Shown here piece by piece: positions 29,073 through 38,978 of a stretch of 47,833 nucleotides of DNA (position 1 is the stretch's first letter; every line of letters starts with the position of its first letter). The position numbers and the translations under genes are program-made. The DNA is from a virus. Taxonomy: Duplodnaviria > Caudoviricetes. The notes under the pieces are model-generated. The model saw nothing but the letters and a program-made list of their open reading frames with translations, was not told the origin of the DNA and ran no database searches. The DNA is taken from positions 1 through 47,833 of the IMG/VR virus record IMGVR_UViG_3300032327_001082; one strand, given 5' to 3'.

Positions 29073-29918
29073 TTAATCCTTGCAATATTCTTTTAAAATT
29101 TCATCTATTTGCTTGGTGTTTTCACCTAGCGCATCTCTGCAAAAAGTTACTAAATCCATAAGCTGATAATTAAGTAAAATTTTATCACTAGCTTGATTTA
29201 GTGATTTAATATATTTTAATTTACTTTGAATAGGTAGCTCTGCTACTATATCTAGTGCAGTGCCATACTCGCTAACTAATTGTTGTGCGCGTTTTGGGCC
29301 TATGCCTTCTACGCCCTGTACATTATCGCCATTATCTCCCATTAAACACTTTATTGAAATATAGTGTTCATGCGGAAAGTCGTAGTGTGTATGCCAGTTA
29401 TTAGCAGTTATTTCTTTACGTGTTACATAACTAAATCTGCTTACTTTGTTGCTAACTAATAGATCCCAGTCTTTATCACTAGAAATCATCCATACATGAT
29501 CAATAGGACAAGTATGACAAACACTAGTAATATATGCAGCAATATCGTCTGCTTCAGTTTGTTTAAACTGTATAACTGGATAACTAGTACTTTCACGAAT
29601 ATGATCTAAACTAGCTTGATAGTCTTCAAAAAACATTTCAAAAGCTGCGCGTTCAGCATCGGTTTGTTCAGCAAATTTATCTTTACGATTTTGTTTGTAT
29701 TCAGGATAAATTTCTTTGCGATAACTGCTAGAACCTTGATCTGCCGCAATAATAACCCAACGAGCTTTATAGCTTTTCTTTAGGCTTTCTATTGTGCGTT
29801 TGTAGTCTTCTGCAAAATTTGTAGCACCACTATGTTTCCAACGAAATGCTAGATTTAGTGCATCTACTACCATTAAACAATTTTCTTGTTCTGAAACTTG
29901 TTGAAATGTTTTACTCAT
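29073..29918 (-). CDS. 5'-3' exonuclease / flap endonuclease (T5 D15-like)
   Basis: VDALNLAFRW, YPEYKQNR, EADD, SSDKDWDLL and GDNGDNVQGVEGIGPKRA motifs; T5 synteny. Confidence 0.95.
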   Translation of the reverse strand: MSKTFQQVSEQENCLMVVDALNLAFRWKHSGATNFAEDYKRTIESLKKSYKARWVIIAADQGSSSYRKEIYPEYKQNRKDKFAEQTDAERAAFEMFFEDYQASLDHIRESTSYPVIQFKQTEADDIAAYITSVCHTCPIDHVWMISSDKDWDLLVSNKVSRFSYVTRKEITANNWHTHYDFPHEHYISIKCLMGDNGDNVQGVEGIGPKRAQQLVSEYGTALDIVAELPIQSKLKYIKSLNQASDKILLNYQLMDLVTFCRDALGENTKQIDEILKEYCKD

Positions 29919-30205
29919 GTTAATAGTCTTATAAGTCCTAGTGTATCAATGGAGACAAGCAAGAGGTAGTTAGCAAGCATACCAAATGAACGGCGAGACC
30001 AAGCACACCAGGTATAAATAGCACAACCAGTAATCCAAGTGGGATAAAGAGCCATAAGTGGAGGGTTTGGTACTGTTCCAGCCATAATAGCAGCACACCC
30101 AATACTAAGAGCCCAAGCAATAAGCTCCATAATAAACCTAAAACGATTGGATTTAAAATCATTGTATATCCAGTCTAGTGTTGGTTTTATTAAAATATTT
30201 TTCAT
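29915..30205 (-). CDS. Small multi-TM membrane protein
   Basis: 96 aa with three hydrophobic segments; has its own upstream promoter. Confidence 0.75.
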   Translation of the reverse strand: MKNILIKPTLDWIYNDFKSNRFRFIMELIAWALSIGCAAIMAGTVPNPPLMALYPTWITGCAIYTWCAWSRRSFGMLANYLLLVSIDTLGLIRLLT

Positions 30206-30210
30206 TTAAT

Positions 30211-30239
30211 ATTATACTAAATATTAACCATTAAGTCAA
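30211..30239 (-). promoter_or_regulatory. sigma70 promoter
   Basis: TTGACT-17 nt-TATAAT on the - strand, with -10 ending 5 nt before the ATG at 30205. Confidence 0.85.
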
Positions 30240-30694
30240 GATACAAATTGTGGATGCTCAAACGTTAACCAGTCTTCTAAAAGCGCAACATAGAAACTAT
30301 GTGGCTGTCTGTACACATAAAAATGATGATAGTTTTCTGGTATACAATAATCACTGCTAAAGGCTACAAACACTTTGCTTCGATCATGTTTAAAAGTTAG
30401 CAGTGGCAGTTTAGTAACCTGTTTAGCTTGACGAATAGTTTGTTGCCAAAATTCTAGTAATTGTGGAGACTTAGATGTTAATACTGCGCTAGTTAAATGA
30501 TCATCTGCATATCCTTTTGCCTCAACACAAAATATGTTGTTGTAGTTAGGAACATATAGATCGCCTTTTAATCCATGTTTTTCATCTAGTGCACCTGAAC
30601 CAGGAACCCTCTCCCACCCTAATCTAGTGTGTTTGCGAAGAAGATCCCTGATTACTGTTTCTGTTCTAGCGCCTTTAGCTCTAGAATCTACCAT
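30236..30694 (-). CDS. Holliday-junction resolvase-like PD-(D/E)XK endonuclease (T5 D14-like)
   Basis: SRAKGARTE, RVPGSGA, KGDL, VEAK and WQQ motifs; T5 synteny. Confidence 0.9.
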   Translation of the reverse strand: MVDSRAKGARTETVIRDLLRKHTRLGWERVPGSGALDEKHGLKGDLYVPNYNNIFCVEAKGYADDHLTSAVLTSKSPQLLEFWQQTIRQAKQVTKLPLLTFKHDRSKVFVAFSSDYCIPENYHHFYVYRQPHSFYVALLEDWLTFEHPQFVS

Positions 30695-30972
30695 TATTTT
30701 ATAGATTCAGGAATTACTTCTGTCATAGGATCAGGAAATACCTGTACCATAGGTGCACTATTTGTGTGTACTGGTGCTAAGTATGCTTCAATATCAATTC
30801 CGCAAACTTCTCCAGTGCAGTTTTGATCAATCCTATAAATTAATTTTTCACCATAAACTTTTAGTGTTTTAAGTTGATCTTCAGTAAGGTAGTCACCTTC
30901 CATAAGTTCTGTTTCTCTGCCATCTACAACTGCTGTAGCTTTGGCTCTGATTATACGTTCGATTTTATACAT
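30694..30972 (-). CDS. Hypothetical protein
   Basis: Fills the D13-D14 gap; likely start is the ATG at 30972 (MYKIER...), just after the D13 stop. Confidence 0.6.
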   Translation of the reverse strand: MYKIERIIRAKATAVVDGRETELMEGDYLTEDQLKTLKVYGEKLIYRIDQNCTGEVCGIDIEAYLAPVHTNSAPMVQVFPDPMTEVIPESIK

Positions 30973-30976
30973 ATTA

Positions 30977-32773
30977 TTATCCATCGATTTTAGAAATGTT
31001 GTTTTGTTTAACAACGTGTACCTTTTCCAATAGGGGATGGCTGAATCCATGACTAACGAGTATTGTGTTAAGAGATTCTTCTTTAAGTAAGACTTCAATT
31101 AGTTTCTCCTTACCATCTACGTCTAAAGCTTCAATAGTTTCGTCTAAGATTAACAAATTAATTCTGCTATGACTTAAACTCTGCATTAACTTTCTAATTG
31201 CTAGCAATGTTGCTACATTAACTCTGGCTCGCTCACCCCCGCTAAGAGCTAAGATATCAATATCTATTCCATTATCGGTAATAACAACATTTAGTTTGTC
31301 GCTGCCGCTGATTTGAAAACTGATTTGAAATCTACCACCACTTAATTCGCCTAGATATTCATTACTAATAACTTCTAGGTCTTTAACAAGATTTTCAATT
31401 TTATACGCAACTAAACCAGTAGTACTAAAAGTTTTTACTAGTGTATTAATAGTATTTAGTTTTGCAGTTAACTGATTAGCTTTTGCAGTCCATTCACCAA
31501 GTTCTGTTTCCATTTCAACTATTTGTGATTTTATTAACTCTAGTCGATTATTGTGTGCAGTTACTTCGTGATTGTGTTTTTCTGCATTAGCAATATCCTG
31601 TTTTGTTTTTGCTATTTGTTCTTGCAAATTTTTTAATTGTTTTTGTAATATTGCTTCGTCTAATAGATTTTCTGGTAGTTCCACATCAATTAATTGATGA
31701 TATTTTTCCCAATCTTCTTGATTACGTTGCGCTGTGTTCCATTTATTTAATTGTTCACTATAAACTCTAATTCTTGTAGTTTCACGATCTACTTGGGCTT
31801 TAGCTACTAGAATGATTGTATCTTGTTCCGTTACTAAATTTTTGGTTTTTTCTTCGTCAATGGTTTGTAAGCACGTAGGACAATTACCATGCAAAGCTGC
31901 CATTTTCTTTTTGAATATAGTAGCATCTTGAATAGTTTTATCATATTCAGCTTTTTTAGTTACTGATAAACTTATATCTTCTTCAGGTTTATCAGGCACT
32001 GGTAATAAATTAATTTTATCTTTTAGTTGTTTATAGGTATTATTTTGCGTAATTTTTTTATTAGTTTTTTCAATATCTTGAATAGTAGTTGATAATCTAC
32101 TAGCTTCTGCTACTAAACTATCGTCTAAAACGGGAATTGGAGTATAACCTTTTGTTTCAAAATTTGTTTTACTATATTTAGTAATCCATTGTTGAATAGT
32201 ACTTAATTTAGCTTGTGCTTCTGTAAGGTCTTTACCTACTTCTGTAGCTGCTTGTTTAAATACTTCTCCGGCTTGTGTGTATTTGCCTAAATTTAATAAT
32301 TCAATTAAGAACTTTTTTCTAGCAGTATCTGCACTAGTTAAAAACTCTAAACTACCCGCATGACTTTGATATACAATTTGTGAAAAAGTTTTATGGTCTA
32401 TACCTATAAGTTGTTCTATTAATTTATAGGTTGTAGTGGCCGTATGTCCACTAATGTCTTCCAAACCTTTATAAAGTTTTACTTGTTGTTGAGCACCACG
32501 TTTTGTTTCAATTTTATATTCACAACCATCTTTAACAAAAATAAGTTCAATTTGATAGTTTTTATCTTTTATATAACGATTTAAAATATCGCCTTTTTTA
32601 ATGCCTTTGCTATTTTTGTTGAATAAGACTTCTTCTAAAATTAATGCAATACTACTTTTACCATGCCCATTTTTACCTACAAGTTGAATAAGCGGACTCT
32701 GAGTAAAATCAATCTTATTAGCTGTACCATAACTAAAAGCATTAGACCAACTTAATTGTTTTAATGTAATCAT
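30977..32773 (-). CDS. SbcC/Rad50-like recombination ATPase (T5 D13-like)
   Basis: Walker A GKNGHGKS, coiled coils with CPTC zinc hook, signature LSGGE, Walker B LILDE, H-loop VSH. Confidence 0.95.
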   Translation of the reverse strand: MITLKQLSWSNAFSYGTANKIDFTQSPLIQLVGKNGHGKSSIALILEEVLFNKNSKGIKKGDILNRYIKDKNYQIELIFVKDGCEYKIETKRGAQQQVKLYKGLEDISGHTATTTYKLIEQLIGIDHKTFSQIVYQSHAGSLEFLTSADTARKKFLIELLNLGKYTQAGEVFKQAATEVGKDLTEAQAKLSTIQQWITKYSKTNFETKGYTPIPVLDDSLVAEASRLSTTIQDIEKTNKKITQNNTYKQLKDKINLLPVPDKPEEDISLSVTKKAEYDKTIQDATIFKKKMAALHGNCPTCLQTIDEEKTKNLVTEQDTIILVAKAQVDRETTRIRVYSEQLNKWNTAQRNQEDWEKYHQLIDVELPENLLDEAILQKQLKNLQEQIAKTKQDIANAEKHNHEVTAHNNRLELIKSQIVEMETELGEWTAKANQLTAKLNTINTLVKTFSTTGLVAYKIENLVKDLEVISNEYLGELSGGRFQISFQISGSDKLNVVITDNGIDIDILALSGGERARVNVATLLAIRKLMQSLSHSRINLLILDETIEALDVDGKEKLIEVLLKEESLNTILVSHGFSHPLLEKVHVVKQNNISKIDG

Positions 32774-33720
32774 TCTAGTTTATCCGCATAATTGTAAAAT
32801 TCTTTTAATGTTTCAACAACTGCTGCTTCATTAAGCTGTAAAATATAAGTTAAATATTCCCTGACTTCTTCGCCTAGCGAAAGTTCTGGATCTAATATTA
32901 GTTGAGTTTCTTGTGCGCGTTTAACTACTTTTTTGTCAATAAGATCACTATCTTCTAGCTGCCCTAGTTCGTGTAAATCGCCTTCAATTTCATAAATTGT
33001 ATGATGAAATTCAGTTTGCAGTTTAGGGTCGTGCACACCTACTGTTTGTTTGATCAATTGCGGTAATTTAAAAGGCATCCAGATATGTGTTAAATTATTG
33101 CAATCTAGTAATATAGCTCCAGTATTAACCTCATTACGGTGAAAGCTAGTAGTATAAGGGCTGCCTGGATATATAATATTTCTTTGTGAGTTCTCATAGC
33201 TATGTAAATCTCCTGCCAGTACTAGTTGCCAACGATCTAGTAAGCCAAGATCAATTTCAGGTTTAACGTGTGGTGGGATTTCGCCGCGTACATGAGTACA
33301 CAAAATCTTTTCTGCAAAAGTGTACTTTGTAGTCTCAAGCTCTTTTAGTTTGTTGTAAGGCACAAAATCAATGTTGTGTCTAGTATAGAAGTCATCTACA
33401 ATAGTTACTAGTGGATTGATTCTAGTAGTAGCACGTTTTAAATAACTTAAAAAAGTAGTATCTTTTTTAAGCATTTCGTGATTACCAGGGTAGACTATGC
33501 ACTCTACATCAATACTAGCAATTAAGTCAAAGTACAGCTCAACTTCGTCCATTGTAGGCAATCTGTCAAAAATATCGCCGCCTAAGACTACTAAGTCAGC
33601 ATGCCTTTGCATTTTTTGAAATTGTTCTATAAATAGTTGAAATCTATTTTTAGCCCAATCAACTGGAACATTTTTTTGACCCAGTTTTATGTGTATATCT
33701 GCTGTGAATAATATGTTCAT
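32770..33720 (-). CDS. SbcD/Mre11-like metallophosphoesterase nuclease (T5 D12-like)
   Basis: ADIH, GGDIFD, GNHE, GDLH and YPGSP motifs. Confidence 0.95.
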   Translation of the reverse strand: MNILFTADIHIKLGQKNVPVDWAKNRFQLFIEQFQKMQRHADLVVLGGDIFDRLPTMDEVELYFDLIASIDVECIVYPGNHEMLKKDTTFLSYLKRATTRINPLVTIVDDFYTRHNIDFVPYNKLKELETTKYTFAEKILCTHVRGEIPPHVKPEIDLGLLDRWQLVLAGDLHSYENSQRNIIYPGSPYTTSFHRNEVNTGAILLDCNNLTHIWMPFKLPQLIKQTVGVHDPKLQTEFHHTIYEIEGDLHELGQLEDSDLIDKKVVKRAQETQLILDPELSLGEEVREYLTYILQLNEAAVVETLKEFYNYADKLE

Positions 33721-33730
33721 TTTTTACCAG

Positions 33731-33767
33731 ACAAAATAGCCCGCTAAAGTATTAGCTTTAGCGGGCT
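33731..33767 (-). terminator. Intrinsic terminator after the D11-like gene
   Basis: 12-bp stem AGCCCGCTAAAG / CTTTAGCGGGCT, followed by ATTTTGT on the - strand. Confidence 0.8.
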
Positions 33768-33774
33768 TTGTTAT

Positions 33775-34410
33775 TTAACCTAGCTCTTTTACAGCTTCTT
33801 GTTCGCTTTGAGTCTGCTCTTCATCTGCACCTGCTTGTAGCTTTTCAAGTAGTGCTTTAATTTCATCAGGATTTCCACGAGGATATTTTTCATCAATAGG
33901 CTGAGCTTTTTCTGCTAGTTCTGCTTCTTGTGCATTTAGTTTACGCTGTTTGCAACGCAATACTTGCAAGGTGTACTCTACATTATATGCAAGAGGCCCA
34001 GTTTTTACTCGTTTAAAAACTACATCCCAACCAGTTTCTGGATCTGTAGGATCACCTAAATCTTCTGCAGCAGTAATAATTTGTTCAAATAGTTTCTTTT
34101 TTAGGTTAAGAACTTTAACTTTGCCTTCTTTAGGGTCAATACAGTTAACTGCATAACTCCAGCTGCACTTAAGATCAGGATAAAATTCAGGAACCCAGTC
34201 TTTTTCTAGATTATCAAATTTTTCTTTTTCACGACTAAACGCCAAGCATTCAATAGGAATGTCTTTGTTATTAGTACCTTTTACCCAGTAGATATAACGT
34301 GGTAGTACTCCGCCAATTAAGCGAACGGTATTTTCACCGTCTTTGTACTCGTAGCTTTCAACTGAACTTTTTTGTGCGCGACCTTTGGTTTGCTTAAAGC
34401 TTAGTGCCAT
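33775..34410 (-). CDS. Putative single-stranded DNA-binding protein (T5 D11-like)
   Basis: GENTVRLIGGVLPRYIYW and LGDPTDPETGWDVVFKRVKTGP motifs, acidic C-terminal tail, synteny. Confidence 0.85.
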   Translation of the reverse strand: MALSFKQTKGRAQKSSVESYEYKDGENTVRLIGGVLPRYIYWVKGTNNKDIPIECLAFSREKEKFDNLEKDWVPEFYPDLKCSWSYAVNCIDPKEGKVKVLNLKKKLFEQIITAAEDLGDPTDPETGWDVVFKRVKTGPLAYNVEYTLQVLRCKQRKLNAQEAELAEKAQPIDEKYPRGNPDEIKALLEKLQAGADEEQTQSEQEAVKELG

Positions 34411-34412
34411 TT

Positions 34413-34799
34413 TTAAGTTTCCTCGTGTATAAATTTAATTTGTTTGTTAGCAATTATTAAAAGCGGGTTTGATTTTATGTTGTTTAAATCAATATCAGGA
34501 TACAGAGTTAAGTCTACAAATTTAATGCCATTAGTTTTATATAAACCATAGTTTCTTAATGCAGCTAATTTAATGTATTGCGCTCTATAGACTGAATCTA
34601 TGCCCGTGTTATCAAAAAATGGTTTAGGTTTGAGTATAAAACTACTGCCTGCCTGTAACCTTGGTAATGGCTTGTATTTTTCTTGTTTGTTTTTTGGTAT
34701 AGTTATACCCTTGTAAAATTTATTAAGGGCTTCTACCAAATATTCCGTATCACCTTTTGTGTCTTGTTCTAAGATTTTTAGGTTAAAAAATAAAGTCAT
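34413..34799 (-). CDS. Conserved hypothetical protein between D10 and D11
   Basis: 128-aa ORF downstream of a promoter; syntenic position. Confidence 0.7.
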   Translation of the reverse strand: MTLFFNLKILEQDTKGDTEYLVEALNKFYKGITIPKNKQEKYKPLPRLQAGSSFILKPKPFFDNTGIDSVYRAQYIKLAALRNYGLYKTNGIKFVDLTLYPDIDLNNIKSNPLLIIANKQIKFIHEET

Positions 34800-34818
34800 T
34801 TTTGTGATTTAAGAATAT

Positions 34819-34847
34819 ATTATAACACAATAAGTATAAGTTTACAA
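34819..34847 (-). promoter_or_regulatory. sigma70 promoter
   Basis: TTGTAA-17 nt-TATAAT, preceded by an AAAAATTT UP-like tract. Confidence 0.8.
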
Positions 34848-34857
34848 GTGTAAATTT

Positions 34858-36153
34858 TTATACCATTTCAATTTCCCAACCTTTACGCATATAGAATCCT
34901 AGTCGATCCCTGTTTTGTTTTTTATCCATAAAACCAGAAAATTGCATATCTAAAACTACAGGCACTAGTTTATTTTCATATTGACGTTGAATTCTACCAA
35001 CAATTTGTTCTAGTAAACTATCATTTGCAATAGGTACTGCCAAGATAACACAACTAAGTGAATTTATGGAGATACCTTCACTAAAGATTTGCCTACTACC
35101 AGCAATACACATTTTTTCTTTTGTGAGTAATTGCTGTTTAATTTGTTGTCGCTGTTCAAAACTGGTTTCCCCAGTAACCAACACACAGGTTTCTCCAACA
35201 TAGTCTTTTACCTTTTGTAAAAATCCAACTCTATCTGCAATAACTAAAACTTGGTGTCCTAATTCTACTTGAATTTTTGCTAGTGCAGAAATAAATTTTT
35301 GATAGCTTTGGTCTTCAGTAAGTAAGTTAATTTTTTCTACCCAAGTAGCTCCAGGTTTTAAGGTAATACCAGTTTGTATTAGTTTAACTTCAGGATTTAA
35401 AGTATGAGATTGTGGAGGTTTATACACTTGTTGACCAAAAAAGTCTGCAAACATTATGTGTTTACCGTCTTTGCGAATCATAGTTCCACTAAGTGCTATT
35501 CTATAACGAGCATGGAAATCATCTATTAGTTGAGAAAATGTACTAGCAGGACAATGATGAGCTTCATCTAAAATTATTGTGCCAAACTCTTTGCTTAATT
35601 TTGCACTATGTTTTACTAGTGTTTGAACATTAGCTATTGTAATAGCATGGTCTTCCCAGTCTAGGCTACCGCCACCAATAACTCCAGCACGCATACCAAA
35701 CAAGGTTTCTACTTCTTCACGCCACTGATCTCGTAGTGCCGTAGTATGTGTAACTACTAGTGTTTTTTGACCAAACTTTTTAGCAAGATGTAGTGCAGTA
35801 AAAGTTTTGCCCCAACCAACTAAGGCATTAATAAAACACGTATCTGTAACTTCATCATAAACTACTTTTTGTGTATCACGTAGTGAAAACTTAGTTTCAG
35901 GAAAAGGTGCTGGTATTTGTGTGCGTTTTTCTACAATTTCGTAATTTTTAGGAACTAAATCTAATCGTCCTTGTGGTATACTTAATACATTTTTAGGTAA
36001 AATTTTATAGTTTCTAATAGTTTCTACAGTACTAAATTGCTTGCTGCCCGTGTCTTTGTGAATTTTATAGGTAAGCGTTTTTATAATTTGCTTGGTTTCT
36101 TCTACACCAGGGTTATCTAAGTAAATTCTGTTACTTATAATTGCTTTAGCCAT
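34858..36153 (-). CDS. SF2 DEAH helicase (T5 D10-like)
   Basis: GWGKT, DEAHH, LSGT, SEGI and QIVGRIQR motifs. Confidence 0.93.
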   Translation of the reverse strand: MAKAIISNRIYLDNPGVEETKQIIKTLTYKIHKDTGSKQFSTVETIRNYKILPKNVLSIPQGRLDLVPKNYEIVEKRTQIPAPFPETKFSLRDTQKVVYDEVTDTCFINALVGWGKTFTALHLAKKFGQKTLVVTHTTALRDQWREEVETLFGMRAGVIGGGSLDWEDHAITIANVQTLVKHSAKLSKEFGTIILDEAHHCPASTFSQLIDDFHARYRIALSGTMIRKDGKHIMFADFFGQQVYKPPQSHTLNPEVKLIQTGITLKPGATWVEKINLLTEDQSYQKFISALAKIQVELGHQVLVIADRVGFLQKVKDYVGETCVLVTGETSFEQRQQIKQQLLTKEKMCIAGSRQIFSEGISINSLSCVILAVPIANDSLLEQIVGRIQRQYENKLVPVVLDMQFSGFMDKKQNRDRLGFYMRKGWEIEMV

Positions 36154-36680
36154 TATACTAACCTATATGTTGCTTTAAATTGTTCATCATAAAATCCGTA
36201 TAATACATAGCTTAAACCCCAACGAAGTATGCCTGCGTAAAATTGTTCTGGTTTAGGTGCGTACATACATTTAAATCGCTGTGGTAGACCTTGCACTTCA
36301 ATAATAGCACCCATACCCTCAAGCGGCAAAACTTTTTTAATCTTGTACGCAGTCAGCTTGGCGCGACTAGATTTTCTGTACTGAAATACTTTTCCGGTGT
36401 TGTCAATAAACCACGTAGTTTGTTTGGCTATTTTAATTAAATCACCTAAAAAATATATAGCTTGTCGTATAGGAAAAAGCCTAGCATCTGTAATAATTAA
36501 CCTGCGCAATCCTAGTGTAGTTCCTTGCACAGATTTATCATCTACAATACGTAAGCCAATTTTAGTTTCTAAAGATTCCTTGTCTACGTATTCTTTTGAA
36601 TAGTAGACAAGGTTGTTTTCTATAGTAGGCTTATGTTCGCCAAGTCTAAATACGGGCCAACTTATCTCCAGCAAATTCAT
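36153..36680 (-). CDS. Conserved hypothetical protein between the polymerase and D10
   Basis: Likely ATG at 36680 (MNLLEISWPVF); TLGLRRL and WFIDNTGKVF motifs; same position as a conserved T5-like gene. Confidence 0.75.
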   Translation of the reverse strand: MNLLEISWPVFRLGEHKPTIENNLVYYSKEYVDKESLETKIGLRIVDDKSVQGTTLGLRRLIITDARLFPIRQAIYFLGDLIKIAKQTTWFIDNTGKVFQYRKSSRAKLTAYKIKKVLPLEGMGAIIEVQGLPQRFKCMYAPKPEQFYAGILRWGLSYVLYGFYDEQFKATYRLV

Positions 36681-38928
36681 AGCGTACCTCAAAATCACCA
36701 AAACTATAGTCTTCGCCTATATCTTGATCTACACCAATAGGCGTACCAGGAATACTACAGCCATGGTCATACTGAGTATTTAATTTAAGTATTTTACAAT
36801 ACTGTGCAACGTGTTCATTTTTTACCAGCGCTACAATAGAATCATGTACAAGCATAAAGATTTTTGCATCTAGTTTTTCTTGCACAATATGCTTGGCAGT
36901 TCGCATAGCTCCAAGCAGATTAACGTCACTGGCTAGTGATTGTACTTCGGCATTAATTCCGCTGCGTACTTCATGAGCTGCAATACCTTTATCGCTGCTA
37001 AATACATTAGGCAATCTGCGTTTTCTACCAAAAAATGAATAAGTAAACCCGTTTTGTTCAATAAAACTTTTACGTTCATCTAGCCAGTGTTTTAGCCTGC
37101 TAAATTTACCAAAATATGCTTTAATATCTTCACGAGCTTGTTCAACAGGATATACTTCACCAGTTGCTTTACTTACAGTTTGTGAAACTTTATTAGCACC
37201 GCTACCGTAAAGAATACCAAAAGAAATTGCCTTTGCACTTTGTCGCATACTAGTATACTCTTTTTTAACTGCTTCTACAGGACAAGGCAAGTTAAATACC
37301 ATTTTAGCAATTGTGCTATGAAAGTCTCCGCCACTACTAAATACTTGTTGCAAATTTTTGTCGCCGCTAAGTACAGCAGCATAGTACATTTCAGCTGTGG
37401 CTAAGTCTTGTGATACTATTTTATATCCCTGTGGAGCACGGATACACCCTTTGATGATTGGATTGTCTCGTGGAATCTGCTGAGCGTTAAATTTCCCACT
37501 ACTAGACAACCTGCCGCTAGTGGTAAAAATAAGATTAAAATTTGTACGAATTCGCCCATCTTTGTCTAACTCCGGCAGGATTTTTTGAATATAAGTATTT
37601 TGAATTTTACCTAATTGTCGCACTTTTAAAATTGCGCCAGGTAATTCGTGTTCTTCGGCTAGTTGTGCTAAAACTTCGGCATCGGTTGAAACTGCACCAG
37701 TACCAGTTTTCTTACCAGTAGGCTCTAGACCTAAATAGTCAAATAATACTTCACGTAGTTGCATTACGCTATTAGGATTAAAGATTTTTCCACTAGCTTG
37801 TTCAAACTGTTTAACTGCATCAAAACTAAATACTACTTCTTTAGCGCGCTGAATTTCATCGTCTAGATAGAGATTAGCTCTGTGCATACGATCTTTACAG
37901 ATTGGAATACCTACTTCTTCCATATCCATTAAGAACAGTGTACCGTCTACTAGTAAATTTTTATATACCCAGGTAAATTTTTCATTGGCTTGCACAATAG
38001 GCCAAAACTTGTGAAATAGTTCAAAAGTTACGGCTGTATCAATTGAAGCATATTCGCTAATAATTTCAAAGGGGATTAAGTCATAGCTAAAGTTTTCTTG
38101 TAAAATATTGTATTGACTACAATAGCTCTTTTTAAAATCATCTAGTGCACTGTCATAATCACCATAGTCTGTGTATTTTAATGCTAGTTGTTTTAATCCA
38201 TGACTATCGGTTTCATCTAGTACATAATGCATGACCATAGTATCATGCACTCTATCTCTAGGAAAGTTAATGCCTAGGTGATAGCTAATCATTTTATAAT
38301 CAAATTTCATATTATGAAAAATGGTATAAAATTTATTGGCAATTTGTTGCAGTAAATCTATGCAGTCCTCATCCATGCAGTCTGTAAGAATATATCTGCC
38401 TTGTTTAGTTTTATAAGTTAAACTAACGCCTAGCACATACCCATCTCTAGGATACAAACTAGTAGTTTCTGTATCCCAAGCAACATATCCTTGTGCATTT
38501 GCTAAGATTTCTTTTAAATACGTTTTTGCTTGGTCTGTGTTATTAATACCGCCAAAATCACCACTACTAGGTGCAACAATACTATCATTATAATATTTAA
38601 GAATTTTATCTACAGCACGCTGAAAGTCAGGTTTGCCTTCAGGTTTAAAAGCTAACATTGCTGGATTTGTAATACAAACAAATTTTTCGTTAACTAGTTG
38701 ACCTGCATAATTAGTCACACTAGTAACTTTAGCATATTCTTTTGCAGCTTCAGCACCTACTAATATTACTAAATCATACGGTTCTGCGTCAAACTGTAGT
38801 GTAACGTCTTTTTTCAATAATTTTGTAATAGGTACATCACTCATATGATAGTGATCGAAGTCAAAGTTAAAATACTCACTATATCTAGTGCGATTTGGTG
38901 CTTTGTCTATTAGCGCAACTTTTTTCAT
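36646..38928 (-). CDS. Family A DNA polymerase with 3'-5' exonuclease
   Basis: Exo I WDTET, Exo II HNMKFD, Exo III YASID, TSGRLSS, motif A QDLATAE, motif B RQSAKAISFGILYG, motif C VHDS; GGAG SD. Confidence 0.97.
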   Translation of the reverse strand: MKKVALIDKAPNRTRYSEYFNFDFDHYHMSDVPITKLLKKDVTLQFDAEPYDLVILVGAEAAKEYAKVTSVTNYAGQLVNEKFVCITNPAMLAFKPEGKPDFQRAVDKILKYYNDSIVAPSSGDFGGINNTDQAKTYLKEILANAQGYVAWDTETTSLYPRDGYVLGVSLTYKTKQGRYILTDCMDEDCIDLLQQIANKFYTIFHNMKFDYKMISYHLGINFPRDRVHDTMVMHYVLDETDSHGLKQLALKYTDYGDYDSALDDFKKSYCSQYNILQENFSYDLIPFEIISEYASIDTAVTFELFHKFWPIVQANEKFTWVYKNLLVDGTLFLMDMEEVGIPICKDRMHRANLYLDDEIQRAKEVVFSFDAVKQFEQASGKIFNPNSVMQLREVLFDYLGLEPTGKKTGTGAVSTDAEVLAQLAEEHELPGAILKVRQLGKIQNTYIQKILPELDKDGRIRTNFNLIFTTSGRLSSSGKFNAQQIPRDNPIIKGCIRAPQGYKIVSQDLATAEMYYAAVLSGDKNLQQVFSSGGDFHSTIAKMVFNLPCPVEAVKKEYTSMRQSAKAISFGILYGSGANKVSQTVSKATGEVYPVEQAREDIKAYFGKFSRLKHWLDERKSFIEQNGFTYSFFGRKRRLPNVFSSDKGIAAHEVRSGINAEVQSLASDVNLLGAMRTAKHIVQEKLDAKIFMLVHDSIVALVKNEHVAQYCKILKLNTQYDHGCSIPGTPIGVDQDIGEDYSFGDFEVRYEFAGDKLARI

Positions 38929-38948
38929 AATTTCTCCAGTAATACTTT

Positions 38949-38977
38949 ATTATAGCGTATTTGGCTAGAATAATCAA
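38949..38977 (-). promoter_or_regulatory. sigma70 promoter for the DNA polymerase gene
   Basis: TTGATT-17 nt-TATAAT. Confidence 0.85.
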
Positions 38978-38978
38978 G

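Noticed and set aside
30973-31098. N-terminal extension of the 30694-31098 ORF
   Set aside because: It overlaps the conserved D13 C-terminus; the ATG at 30972 is the more plausible start.
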